This document shows, piece after piece, positions 15,998 through 25,166 of a stretch of DNA of 64,000 nucleotides. Origin of the DNA: a virus. The position numbers and the translations under genes are program-made. Numbering within the stretch: the stretch's first letter is position 1; each line of letters starts with the position of its first letter. The notes beneath the pieces were generated by a model. It saw nothing but the letters and a program-made list of their open reading frames with translations. It searched no databases and had not been told where the DNA came from. Location of the stretch: positions 1-64,000 of IMG/VR virus record IMGVR_UViG_3300027782_000047. One strand, written 5' to 3'.

Positions 15998-17245
15998 ATG
16001 AATACAGTTTTAGAAAATCTTAGACAGCAATTGTCTTTACTTGATGATATTAATAATTACAAAGTCAAATTTTGTCTTAATAATCAATGGACTCGTCTTC
16101 CAGCCTCAAGAATACTTTCCAATTCTGAATGGGCAAATCAATTATCCTCCCTCAATGAATTACTAATTCAAATTGTAGATGTTCGAGATATTGATGATGA
16201 AGAACAATTATGTGGTCTGAGTGCAGAAGCGAAAAGTATTGATAGCGATACTGATCTTAATCAAATTTTTAGGTCATTGGTAATGCTATCTTGTCGCGGC
16301 ACCTTGATCCCAGAATTGATAGATCGTTCTGGTATATTTTTAACTGGTTCAACCATCACCATCCCACAGAACATTCATACTGCTAAAACTTATAACACAA
16401 TTATGGATGAAACAGCACTGTCTTACGCTAATTTGAATCCTGTTGTTATGTGGAGTGGTGGCGTGGATTCGACAGCAATTTTAGCAGCCTTTGTTAAAAA
16501 CAATATTAGTTTTAGCGTAGCATTAGATAGTAATACACAATCTGAATCTCCTATCATGTATGATTACGTCCGAGCAAATTTTGATTGTTTACCACTTAAT
16601 AACTATGATATTGGTTATTCCACCCATCTTAGTATGTTGAAACAGCAGGTAACTGATAGAACGATTGTGACTGGTGACTGCAACGATCAAATATTTCCAG
16701 TACTACAGCATCATTTAGCTATTGGCAAAAAGTTTTTTAAGTTTCATGTTAGAGATGTTGGTACTGAAGCAATTAATAGTTTTTATAAATTGCCCGTAGA
16801 AGACAGCGTTAAATATATGTCTGCTAGGGACTACTTTGTGAATAATCATTCCAGGATACATGGTTGTGAAACTTCTCAAAGTGGTGCTTTATACGATTCT
16901 GTAATTGCACCTAAACTAAGTCAGTTTCCTATATCTACAGAATATGCATATCAGTTAGTTAGTTACTTTAGATTTATATTTAAGTATCAAATGCATCTGA
17001 ATAAAATTCAAAGATTAAATACAACAAACACATTAAATAACACATACAAAGCATTTTACCACACTGATGACTTTCAAAGATGGTCAATAACAAATTTTGA
17101 AAATAATTATGAAACGCAATCTACAACATACTTAACTATGAAGTCTATGGTTAAACAGTATAGTTATGACGTTTTTGGAATAAACGAAATTCTTGAACAA
17201 CATAAACGTGCATCCGATCTTGCCACAATGAGTATGCCTGATTAA
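15998..17245 (+). CDS. asparagine-synthetase-like / N-type ATP pyrophosphatase protein
   Basis: PP-loop WSGGVDST and IVTGDCNDQIF; no glutaminase domain evident. Confidence 0.7.
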   Translation: MNTVLENLRQQLSLLDDINNYKVKFCLNNQWTRLPASRILSNSEWANQLSSLNELLIQIVDVRDIDDEEQLCGLSAEAKSIDSDTDLNQIFRSLVMLSCRGTLIPELIDRSGIFLTGSTITIPQNIHTAKTYNTIMDETALSYANLNPVVMWSGGVDSTAILAAFVKNNISFSVALDSNTQSESPIMYDYVRANFDCLPLNNYDIGYSTHLSMLKQQVTDRTIVTGDCNDQIFPVLQHHLAIGKKFFKFHVRDVGTEAINSFYKLPVEDSVKYMSARDYFVNNHSRIHGCETSQSGALYDSVIAPKLSQFPISTEYAYQLVSYFRFIFKYQMHLNKIQRLNTTNTLNNTYKAFYHTDDFQRWSITNFENNYETQSTTYLTMKSMVKQYSYDVFGINEILEQHKRASDLATMSMPD

Positions 17246-17248
17246 AAT

Positions 17249-18199
17249 ATGATGAAAAAACTTTTAGTAACCTTATTAACTGCAACTGCTATGGCTGTTC
17301 AAGCCTGGACTCCCACGAAGCCTATTGTAGTTGTTTTGCCTAATTCACCTGGTGCAGGTAATGAAATTGCATTTAGAATTTTGGCTAAACAAGTGGAAGA
17401 AAAAACTGGCGCAAACTTTGTTTTTGATTATCGCCCAGGTGCTGATGGTACAGTGGCTATGAATCACTTTAATACACTACAAGCGGATGGTCACCACGTG
17501 GCTGTTCCTGGTTGTCAAAGTACATATGTAACGTCTGAGATATGGTATGCACACAATACAAAATTCAATGCTATGGATTTTGTACCAGTCACTAACATAG
17601 GCAAAAGTCCTTTAGGTTTTTATGCAAGAGCATCATCTAATATTGATACACCAGAAAAACTAATTGCTGAAATTAAGTCTGGACAAAAACAAATGAACTT
17701 TGCTGTAGGCGGCGCAGGGCACAAATTAGCTGTGGAGTATATGATATCTACAATTCAACCTGCAATCAATAATGTGCAATCTATAATGTATAAAGGTCCA
17801 GCGCAAGCTATGAATGATGTTGTGTCTGGGCATGTTGAGTTTGGCGTATTTCCTATAGCTGTGGGTGCGCCATTGATAAAGTCTGGCAAAATCAAATTGA
17901 TTGGAATTGCTGGAGAACAATCTATGCCCGGTCTAGAAAAAGCCAAGCTGATGAAAGATTATGTTCGTAATTTAAATGTGTATGCTTGTTGGAACTTAAT
18001 TTTGCCAAAAAACACTCCACAAGATATTCAAGACTGGTATCGTAATGCATTTATTCCTGCTTTAAATTCAAAAGAAACAAAATCATCCTATGATGAACAA
18101 TTTATCTTCATCAGTAAAAATGAACAAACTCCACAAGGAGTACATGCGACTATGCATAGACTGCGTGAACAATGGCAACCATTCGCAAGAAAAAACTAA
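17249..18199 (+). CDS. Bug/TctC tripartite tricarboxylate transporter substrate-binding protein
   Basis: Signal peptide; WTPTKPI..PNSPGAG, RPGADG, DFVPV, YKGPAQAMNDVVSGHV, PKNTP. Confidence 0.88.
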   Translation: MMKKLLVTLLTATAMAVQAWTPTKPIVVVLPNSPGAGNEIAFRILAKQVEEKTGANFVFDYRPGADGTVAMNHFNTLQADGHHVAVPGCQSTYVTSEIWYAHNTKFNAMDFVPVTNIGKSPLGFYARASSNIDTPEKLIAEIKSGQKQMNFAVGGAGHKLAVEYMISTIQPAINNVQSIMYKGPAQAMNDVVSGHVEFGVFPIAVGAPLIKSGKIKLIGIAGEQSMPGLEKAKLMKDYVRNLNVYACWNLILPKNTPQDIQDWYRNAFIPALNSKETKSSYDEQFIFISKNEQTPQGVHATMHRLREQWQPFARKN

Positions 18200-18238
18200 C
18201 TAAATATTTCATAAATTATTTAAAGAATAAAACATGGC
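18191..18238 (+). repeat. 48-bp direct repeat, copy 2
   Basis: AAAAACTAACTAAATATTTCATAAATTATTTAAAGAATAAAACATGGC; supplies the stop codon of the Bug gene. Confidence 0.9.
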
Positions 18239-19277
18239 TTTAGTATCTTCTGGTGAAATTGCGCTTGCTGGTAGCACATCTGGACGTTCCGTTGCGTTGG
18301 AACTTGGAAGAAGTGCGACAGCAACAACAAGTCTTAATGAAACACCCGTTCGTTCTCTTGCTGGTGTAGCTAGTGGTACTATTGCACTATCAAATTTCTA
18401 TGGAAGATCAAATAGAGCATCGCTCTCATACACTTACTCAACAAATCAAACTTCAGCCGTAGCTTTTCAGGCTTCTGGGTTAGCAGGTTATGTTGCTGGA
18501 GGTACGGATATTACAATTACAGTCAATTCTGGCGTTTATTTATCATCAGACAGTATTGTTGATCCCGCTATACGCATATATGGCGCAACATCTGGAGATA
18601 CTATTACTCTAGTTAATAACGGCTACATCATGGGTCGTGGAGGAAATGGAGCAACACATCCAAGCCGAGGTCAAGATGGCGGTCCAGCTATATCTATTGA
18701 ATTCCCCATTACTATTAATAATACTAATGGCAGCGCATACATTGGTGGCGGCGGCGGCGGTGGCGGGGCAGGTGGCGGTGGTACAACCGGCGGTGGTGGA
18801 GGTGCAGGAGGAGGAGCTGGCGGAAACAATAATGCAGGACTTTCGGGAGGCGGTGGAGGATCAATCGGTAATCCAGGCAGTAATGGAACAAACGCGGGCA
18901 TTCCTGTTTTATATTACGGCTTTGGCGGTGGTGCTGGTGGTGCTGGTGGCTCTTATCAGTCACCAGCTAAAGGACCTGCCCTTGCTGGCACTGGCGGCGG
19001 TGGCGGAAGAATATTTCCAGGCACGGGCGGTGAAGTATACACACCAGTTACTAATGCCGGGGGAGTTGGAGGAGGAGGCAACTCCGCAGGCTCCAGCTCT
19101 GGCGGTGGGCTTAGCGCAGGAGGCGGTGGCGGTTGGGGAGCAACCGGTGGGCGCGGCGGTGGTGGTGGGTACGATTCGCTTGATTCAGGCGTAGGCGGTA
19201 AAGCTGTAGCTTTAAATGGCTATTCAGTAACATGGGTAAGTGGTGATACAACAAGAGTTTACGGGAGCGTTTCATGA
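18234..19277 (+). CDS. glycine-rich gp38-like receptor-recognising adhesin
   Basis: ITLVNNGYIMGRGGNG, IGGGGGGGG, poly-Gly segments alternating with variable loops, W...G...VYGSVS end as in T-even gp38. Confidence 0.8.
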   Translation: MALVSSGEIALAGSTSGRSVALELGRSATATTSLNETPVRSLAGVASGTIALSNFYGRSNRASLSYTYSTNQTSAVAFQASGLAGYVAGGTDITITVNSGVYLSSDSIVDPAIRIYGATSGDTITLVNNGYIMGRGGNGATHPSRGQDGGPAISIEFPITINNTNGSAYIGGGGGGGGAGGGGTTGGGGGAGGGAGGNNNAGLSGGGGGSIGNPGSNGTNAGIPVLYYGFGGGAGGAGGSYQSPAKGPALAGTGGGGGRIFPGTGGEVYTPVTNAGGVGGGGNSAGSSSGGGLSAGGGGGWGATGGRGGGGGYDSLDSGVGGKAVALNGYSVTWVSGDTTRVYGSVS

Positions 19278-19777
19278 ATACAAAAGTAAATGAGCATGGT
19301 GAAGTTTTAATGACCAAAGAATTGTGTTTGCATCTTGGTTCTTGCGGATTAAGTTTAGATAGACCTGAATTAGAGCCTTTTTCTTTAGAACATGATAATG
19401 ACAATCATTATTATACTGTAGGTCAAATGTGGGGAAAAACAGAGGCAGAGTGTGTGACTTTTTGCTTTAGAAATAAAATTTTTAAAGATATGTACTGGTA
19501 TATCGCTCAAAGAGAGACAGAAAAATTCGTTCGTTATATAGGAGAAACAATTACAATGACTAATAAATATCAAGTTTTTAATCCAATCAGTGGATCGCAT
19601 ATTTCTTGTGAGTCTGAAGCCGAGGCAAAACAAAAAATTGCCGAGATTTCACTACAAATTCTTTCACATAACAAAATAACAGTGTGTAGAGAAATGTCTA
19701 ATGAGTTTGGCCATACTACTTGGGTTGCCGAAGAAATAGAAAATCCTATTACTCTAACAGCAAACGTACCAAGCTAA
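19274..19777 (+). CDS. hypothetical protein
   Basis: 167 aa, ATGA-coupled to the adhesin. Confidence 0.75.
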   Translation: MNTKVNEHGEVLMTKELCLHLGSCGLSLDRPELEPFSLEHDNDNHYYTVGQMWGKTEAECVTFCFRNKIFKDMYWYIAQRETEKFVRYIGETITMTNKYQVFNPISGSHISCESEAEAKQKIAEISLQILSHNKITVCREMSNEFGHTTWVAEEIENPITLTANVPS

Positions 19778-19780
19778 ACA

Positions 19781-20551
19781 ATGAGAGATTCTTCTTTTCT
19801 TTATAATAAAGGAAAACCAATAGAGTGGCAAAAATCCACATCTTTTGGAACAGCTTTCATGGATGCACTTTCTATGAGTTTTCCAGCAGGCGAAAAGTTT
19901 TTTATTGATTCTGTGGAAGCTGGCTACAAAGCCTTGCCGGAAAACAAAAAACAAAAATTTTTAGCCGATGTGGAAAATTTTTGCAGAGAAGAAGAAAATC
20001 ACAGTAAAGCACACATTGCATACAATAATAAAATTATCAATAAATTTAATATTGTGAATCATTGGAAATCACGGTCACTTAAACGCATTGAAGCAATGTC
20101 GAAATATAATGTTAGGCATCATTTAGCATCTACGGCAGCAGTTGAGCATATAACAACTGTTATGGGTTGTTGGTTACTACTCAATAAACATATTCTAGAC
20201 ACCGCTTCACCAGATTTTAAAACTATGTGGATTTGGCATGTTAAAGAAGAATTACTTCATAGAAAAGTTGCAATAGATTTGTATCGTGAATTGGGCGGCT
20301 CAGAAAAAGTTAGACTTTGGTGGATGAAAACCATGTATATTTTAACTTTGACTGATATAGTCCGACAAACTATACATCACATTTGGAAAATGGGTGGTTT
20401 TTTTAAATTCATGACTTGGTACAATGCATATCATTTTTTATTTTCAAAAAACGGTCTTTTTCGCTGGACATATCCTCTTTTCAAAGCCTATGGACAATTA
20501 AACTATCATCCTTCACAAGATGATGATTTAGTTAATTTAGCATTAAAATAA
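19781..20551 (+). CDS. predicted metal-dependent hydrolase (ferritin-like di-metal fold)
   Basis: ALSMSFPAGEKFFIDSV, EEENHSKAH, AVEHIT, WHVKEELLH. Confidence 0.82.
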   Translation: MRDSSFLYNKGKPIEWQKSTSFGTAFMDALSMSFPAGEKFFIDSVEAGYKALPENKKQKFLADVENFCREEENHSKAHIAYNNKIINKFNIVNHWKSRSLKRIEAMSKYNVRHHLASTAAVEHITTVMGCWLLLNKHILDTASPDFKTMWIWHVKEELLHRKVAIDLYRELGGSEKVRLWWMKTMYILTLTDIVRQTIHHIWKMGGFFKFMTWYNAYHFLFSKNGLFRWTYPLFKAYGQLNYHPSQDDDLVNLALK

Positions 20552-20629
20552 ATTAACAAATATTCTTAGTTTGTTAATGTGAACGGATTACTATCCGTTT
20601 TTTCTAAAATCCTAATTGAAAGGAAATAG

Positions 20630-21187
20630 ATGCGAAGTAAACCTATACTTCTAAGCATATTCTTCTCGGCAATAATTTTGTTATTATCATTTGTGAATGT
20701 TGACACACATAACATTCTACCAATGAAGTCAACATTCAATGCACTCACTATGGATGCAAAGAAACAGGTAACTTGCCTAGCTGAAAATATTTATTTTGAA
20801 GCCGCGCATGAACCAGAAGAAGGTAAAAAAGCGGTAGCATTCGTAACCTTTAACAGAGTGCAGTCCGGATATGCAACTGACATATGCGGAGTTGTAAAGC
20901 AAAAGACTGGTAAAACTTGCCAATTTTCTTGGTATTGTGACACAACATTTACCAGCAAACTCTTGACAATCAAGAACACTCTGTTGTATAATGAGATTTT
21001 AGAGTTATCAACGAATCTATTTTTGAACTTTGAAAGAATGACCGATGTAACAAACGGTGCAACTTATTACCATGCTGATTATGTGAATCCAGGTTGGACA
21101 AAACTAAAAAGGGAGAAACAAATTGGCAGGCATATTTTCTACAAGAGTAAAGGCGACAAAATTGACAGAAACAAAGGAATCATTTAA
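20630..21187 (+). CDS. SleB-like cell wall hydrolase (Hydrolase_2)
   Basis: CLAENIYFEA, AVAFVTFNRV, CQFSWYC, GATYYHADYV, IGRHIFY; N-terminal TM helix. Confidence 0.9.
   Translation: MRSKPILLSIFFSAIILLLSFVNVDTHNILPMKSTFNALTMDAKKQVTCLAENIYFEAAHEPEEGKKAVAFVTFNRVQSGYATDICGVVKQKTGKTCQFSWYCDTTFTSKLLTIKNTLLYNEILELSTNLFLNFERMTDVTNGATYYHADYVNPGWTKLKREKQIGRHIFYKSKGDKIDRNKGII
20963..20991 (+). promoter_or_regulatory. internal consensus sigma70 promoter upstream of the replication genes
   Basis: TTGACA-17-TATAAT inside the hydrolase gene. Confidence 0.65.
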
Positions 21188-21188
21188 A

Positions 21189-21407
21189 ATGAACAATAAC
21201 TTAATTACGGTATGCATCTCAGCAACAATAGTTTGTTGTACGTTTATTGTAAGTATTTTCATGTATAATATAAACGATAGAAACAATATGGCAAAAAACA
21301 TTGAAGCGGCTATTGCCAAAGGTGTTGATCCAGTTTCTGTTAAGTGTGCATATGAAACAAATATGAATGCAATCTGTATAACTTACGCAGCCACAACTAA
21401 AAAATGA
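21189..21407 (+). CDS. small membrane protein
   Basis: MNNNLITVCISATIV..., GVDPVSVKCAY. Confidence 0.75.
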   Translation: MNNNLITVCISATIVCCTFIVSIFMYNINDRNNMAKNIEAAIAKGVDPVSVKCAYETNMNAICITYAATTKK

Positions 21408-22567
21408 CAAGTGAAGTAGATAGAATTTTTAGAGAATTGAAACAATCCGCATCGCAAATTGGTGGTGATGCCCCAGTAAAATACCGTGTTTCACGGAGAC
21501 GCGGTAGAAAGAAACGCAGTTTAAACTCTTGGACTTATGACGCAATGGATATGAATATGAATGAAATGAAAAGCGGTGCGAACGATAAATTTTTTGTCGG
21601 AGCATCAGATTACGCTGACTGGTTGCACTTGCAATTACTTGATTCGCGGACAGAAAAGAAAATGTCCACTTTCAATTCTGATTTGAAGATGCACGGCAAT
21701 CGTAAAAAATGGCAAGACTTTATCAATGAAGAATTTGATGGTGACTACATCATTCAATATACAGATTCTTCTGGACTTATTGTTACAGAAGGTTTGAATT
21801 TCATTCGTTATGATGTGAATTCCAATTCTGTCTCAACACATACCTATGGTGATAAAATCTTTATTGAAAATGTTGAAGATATTTTTCTAAAGCATTTTGA
21901 TGAAGTTACCTCATACATTGAGTGGGTGTACGGTGCAAATGGTGATAGCGTGAATGTTCCTTTGAATGCCGAGCGTTTGCCTGTTGATGAAATGTATCCG
22001 TTCCTCAAAGAACCATTGACTGACTATTATGACCGTTATCTGGAATCTAACGCAAACATTCTTTTGTTGATTGGACCACCAGGCACTGGCAAGACTACTT
22101 TCATTCGTGGTCTCCTTGCACACAGTAACTCCTCAGCGATTGTGACATATGATGCCGCAATTTTGGAGAAAGACTATTTGTTTGCACGTTTCATTGAAGA
22201 TGAAACTGGCGTGATGGTACTTGAAGATTCCGACAACTTCCTGAAAGCACGGAGTGATGGTAACACCATGATGCATCGTTTTCTAAACGTTGGCGATGGT
22301 CTTGTTACCACAAAAGGTAAGAAGTTGATTTTCTCAACTAACTTGCCAAGTATCCGCGACATTGATCCTGCGTTGATTCGCCCAGGTCGTTGTTTTGATA
22401 TTGTTTCTTTTGATACATTGAAACAAAAAGAAGCCGAAGCATTGGCTAAGAAAATCGGTGTTAAGTTGGATGGTAAGCGTGAAAGCTGGACTATCGCAGA
22501 AGTGTTCAACAAACAAATTGAAGAAAAGAATACCCGCTCTGTGGGTAGCAAAATGGGTTTCGTTTAA
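21404..22567 (+). CDS. AAA-family ATPase
   Basis: GPPGTGKT, VLEDSD, IDPALIRPGR; true start may be downstream. Confidence 0.88.
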   Translation: MTSEVDRIFRELKQSASQIGGDAPVKYRVSRRRGRKKRSLNSWTYDAMDMNMNEMKSGANDKFFVGASDYADWLHLQLLDSRTEKKMSTFNSDLKMHGNRKKWQDFINEEFDGDYIIQYTDSSGLIVTEGLNFIRYDVNSNSVSTHTYGDKIFIENVEDIFLKHFDEVTSYIEWVYGANGDSVNVPLNAERLPVDEMYPFLKEPLTDYYDRYLESNANILLLIGPPGTGKTTFIRGLLAHSNSSAIVTYDAAILEKDYLFARFIEDETGVMVLEDSDNFLKARSDGNTMMHRFLNVGDGLVTTKGKKLIFSTNLPSIRDIDPALIRPGRCFDIVSFDTLKQKEAEALAKKIGVKLDGKRESWTIAEVFNKQIEEKNTRSVGSKMGFV

Positions 22568-22577
22568 GGAGTATATT

Positions 22578-22850
22578 ATGGCTGTAAAACAATTTAGTAT
22601 TAATCAAATCTCTAGTGAAGCTGACCGCAAGAAATTGCTTGATGTTATGCGAGAGTGTTCCAATTCTATGATTCGCATGGAAGGCGAAAAAGACTTTATC
22701 AAAGAGGCCGTAAAGGATATTTGTGAAGACTTGAAGTTGCCAAAGCGAATTGTGAATCGTCTAGTTAAAGTTTATCATAAACAAAACTATGATGAAGAAG
22801 TTGCTGTGCATGAACAATTTGAACAATTGTACGAAACGATTGTAAAATAA
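22578..22850 (+). CDS. dsbA: T4-like double-stranded DNA binding protein
   Basis: AAGGAG SD; helical with YHKQNYDEE...LYETI; adjacent to gp33 and gp59. Confidence 0.75.
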   Translation: MAVKQFSINQISSEADRKKLLDVMRECSNSMIRMEGEKDFIKEAVKDICEDLKLPKRIVNRLVKVYHKQNYDEEVAVHEQFEQLYETIVK

Positions 22851-23071
22851 TGCCGACAAAAGATGAAATGTTTAAGTTCCAGGAAGAGATTGAAAAACTC
22901 GTAGCTGGAACCGACTACAACTACATGGAAGCAATCATTGAGTATTGTAATCAAACTGGTATGGAGATTGAATTAGCATCCAGTTTGGTAAACAAAGACT
23001 TGAAGTCAAAAGTGGAAATTGATGCACAAGAACTCAATATGTTACCGAAAACACGTAGACTTCCTATTTGA
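22850..23071 (+). CDS. gp33: late promoter transcription co-activator gp33
   Basis: F...IEKLV...YMEAIIEYC...LKSKVEIDAQELNML; synteny. Confidence 0.88.
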   Translation: MPTKDEMFKFQEEIEKLVAGTDYNYMEAIIEYCNQTGMEIELASSLVNKDLKSKVEIDAQELNMLPKTRRLPI

Positions 23072-23090
23072 TTTGTGATATAATTATAGC

Positions 23091-23678
23091 ATGACTGGTT
23101 ATGAAGCATTCACTCTCTATCACGTACTAAAATTGCATTTCACCTCTGAATATGACTTTTTTAAGTACAGGGGTAAAACAAATATCACCATAGAGACATT
23201 TGAGAAAAGAAAAGACAAGTACCATTTCTACAAGTTATCCCGCAAGTTTAACAATCGTAAAAATGACTACGTTGATTTTGTTATCTCAAATTTTCTACAC
23301 AATGATAATTGTTGGGCAGGCACTTTGCTTGAAGATGGATCCGATGAAGTCAATATAAAGAGACTTGCAATCATTCAAGCATTGAGTTATAACTTTCAAA
23401 ATGATTGTTCGGTGATTGGCGAGAGTGGTAGCATAAACGATTTATTAAAAACTGATGGTGAGTATCCAGAGTTATTGACGATGACTTTACAAAAAGTTAT
23501 TCAGACTGAAACTTTGTGCATACTGAATTCAATGATGAATTTTCTTCCTATGTGGCAAAGAAAAATCTCAGATGACATTCGCTGGCCATCACTACATAGA
23601 AAATGGATAAAATATTCTCCGTTTTTGAGTTTTGATAAAAACAAGTTTCGTGAAATAGCATTGAAAGAATTGAAATGA
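23091..23678 (+). CDS. gp59: helicase loader gp59
   Basis: LKLHFT..YDFFKYRGK, FEKRKDKYHFYKL; synteny. Confidence 0.9.
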   Translation: MTGYEAFTLYHVLKLHFTSEYDFFKYRGKTNITIETFEKRKDKYHFYKLSRKFNNRKNDYVDFVISNFLHNDNCWAGTLLEDGSDEVNIKRLAIIQALSYNFQNDCSVIGESGSINDLLKTDGEYPELLTMTLQKVIQTETLCILNSMMNFLPMWQRKISDDIRWPSLHRKWIKYSPFLSFDKNKFREIALKELK

Positions 23679-24175
23679 TTGAGAAAATTTATTTGGATAT
23701 GGATGGTGTTCTTTGTAACTTTGAGCGCCGATACTTTGAGTTATACAAAGAACTACCTGGTTCAATGCGTGACCGAAAAGAATTTAATGTACACTGGCAT
23801 GACTTCATAGCAACAAAGCAATTTGAAACGCTAGATTGGTATCCTGGTGGTAAAGAATTGGTTGCATTTTGCTTTGAAGCTGATGTACCGATTGAGTTGT
23901 TGACTTCTTCTGGTGGTAACAAATACTATGATGAAGTTGCACGACAAAAAATTGTTTGGTTAGCGAACAATGGTCTTGGCAAACTAAAGGCGAACGTTGT
24001 TCCCGGTCGTAAGCACAAGGCTGAGTATGCTACACCAAACACTATTCTTATTGATGATACACAAGATATTATCCAGTCGTTTAACGCCGCTGGTGGTATT
24101 GGTATTCTTCATAAAGAAATTGGTAATACTTTAATGATGCTTGAAAAGCTACTTGAAGTTGAACTAAATACATGA
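23675..24175 (+). CDS. HAD 5'(3')-deoxyribonucleotidase-like protein
   Basis: YLDMDGVL, LLTS, ILIDD, GGIGILH. Confidence 0.85.
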   Translation: MIEKIYLDMDGVLCNFERRYFELYKELPGSMRDRKEFNVHWHDFIATKQFETLDWYPGGKELVAFCFEADVPIELLTSSGGNKYYDEVARQKIVWLANNGLGKLKANVVPGRKHKAEYATPNTILIDDTQDIIQSFNAAGGIGILHKEIGNTLMMLEKLLEVELNT

Positions 24176-24235
24176 TACAATGAATCATGTGGATAATTTT
24201 ATACAACGCATACAATTTATACAAAGGAAAATAAT

Positions 24236-25114
24236 ATGTCTTTCGCTAATCTAAAACGCAACCGCGACAGCCTTGATAAACTCACTAAGGCTATTGAGAT
24301 CACCACACAAACTGCTGAGGCTGGCTCAAAAGATGACACCCGATTCTGGGCTCCAACTGTAGATAAATCTGGTAACGGCATGGCTGTTATTCGTTTTCTA
24401 CCAGCACCTTCTATTGATGGTGATGATGGACTTCCATGGGTACGCCGTTTTGACCACGGCTTTCAAGGACCAGGCGGTTGGTTCATTGATAACTGTTTGA
24501 CTACAGTTGGTGATAAGTGTCCCGTTTGTGAACACAACTCTACATTGTGGAATTCTGGTGTTGAAGCAAACAAAGAAATCGTTCGTAAACAAAAGCGCCG
24601 CTTGAGTTACGTTGCGAATATCTATGTTATTTCTGATCCAAGCAATCCCGAAAATGAAGGTACTGTTCGCTTATATAAATTCGGAAAGAAAATCTTTGAT
24701 AAGATTTCCGAAGTGATGAATCCTGAGTTTCCCGATGAAACGCCTTTGAACCCATTTGACCTATGGGAAGGTGCTAACTTCAAATTGAAGATTCGTAATG
24801 TTGAGGGATATCGCAACTACGACAAATCAGAATTTGCTGATAAGTCTGCATTGCTTGATGGTGATGATGATAAATTGGAAGCAATTTATACCAAAGAACA
24901 TTCTTTGAAAGATTTTACGGACAAGAAACATTTCAAACCATATGAACAACTTAAGGCTCGCCTTGACAAAGTTCTTGGTTTTGAAGGTGACGCTGTTCCT
25001 AATATTCGTGCAGAAGATGTTGAATTGCCAGCAACAGTTACAAGAGCAAAAGCTCCTGTGTTTACTACTGTAGATGATGATTTGGATTACTTCAAGTCGT
25101 TAGCTGAACAATAA
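24236..25114 (+). CDS. gp32: single-stranded DNA binding protein gp32
   Basis: DKSGNGMAVIRFLPAP, Zn-binding C/H residues, KFGKKIFDKI, acidic tail. Confidence 0.95.
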   Translation: MSFANLKRNRDSLDKLTKAIEITTQTAEAGSKDDTRFWAPTVDKSGNGMAVIRFLPAPSIDGDDGLPWVRRFDHGFQGPGGWFIDNCLTTVGDKCPVCEHNSTLWNSGVEANKEIVRKQKRRLSYVANIYVISDPSNPENEGTVRLYKFGKKIFDKISEVMNPEFPDETPLNPFDLWEGANFKLKIRNVEGYRNYDKSEFADKSALLDGDDDKLEAIYTKEHSLKDFTDKKHFKPYEQLKARLDKVLGFEGDAVPNIRAEDVELPATVTRAKAPVFTTVDDDLDYFKSLAEQ

Positions 25115-25143
25115 ACTAAAGCTCCTTTCTCAGAACTTAGTTT

Positions 25144-25166
25144 GCCCCGCCTAGTGCGGGGTTTTT
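25144..25166 (+). terminator. Rho-independent terminator between convergent operons
   Basis: GCCCCGC-CTAGT-GCGGGGT followed by a T-run. Confidence 0.85.

Noticed and set aside
15389-18238. 48-bp repeats as prophage att sites or IS ends
   Set aside because: No integrase or transposase is present, and the repeats consist of a promoter plus start codon; kept instead as cassette boundaries.
18637-19404. Alternative-frame and antisense ORFs (poly-Pro, His-rich) in the Gly-rich adhesin
   Set aside because: By-products of GGN codon repeats.
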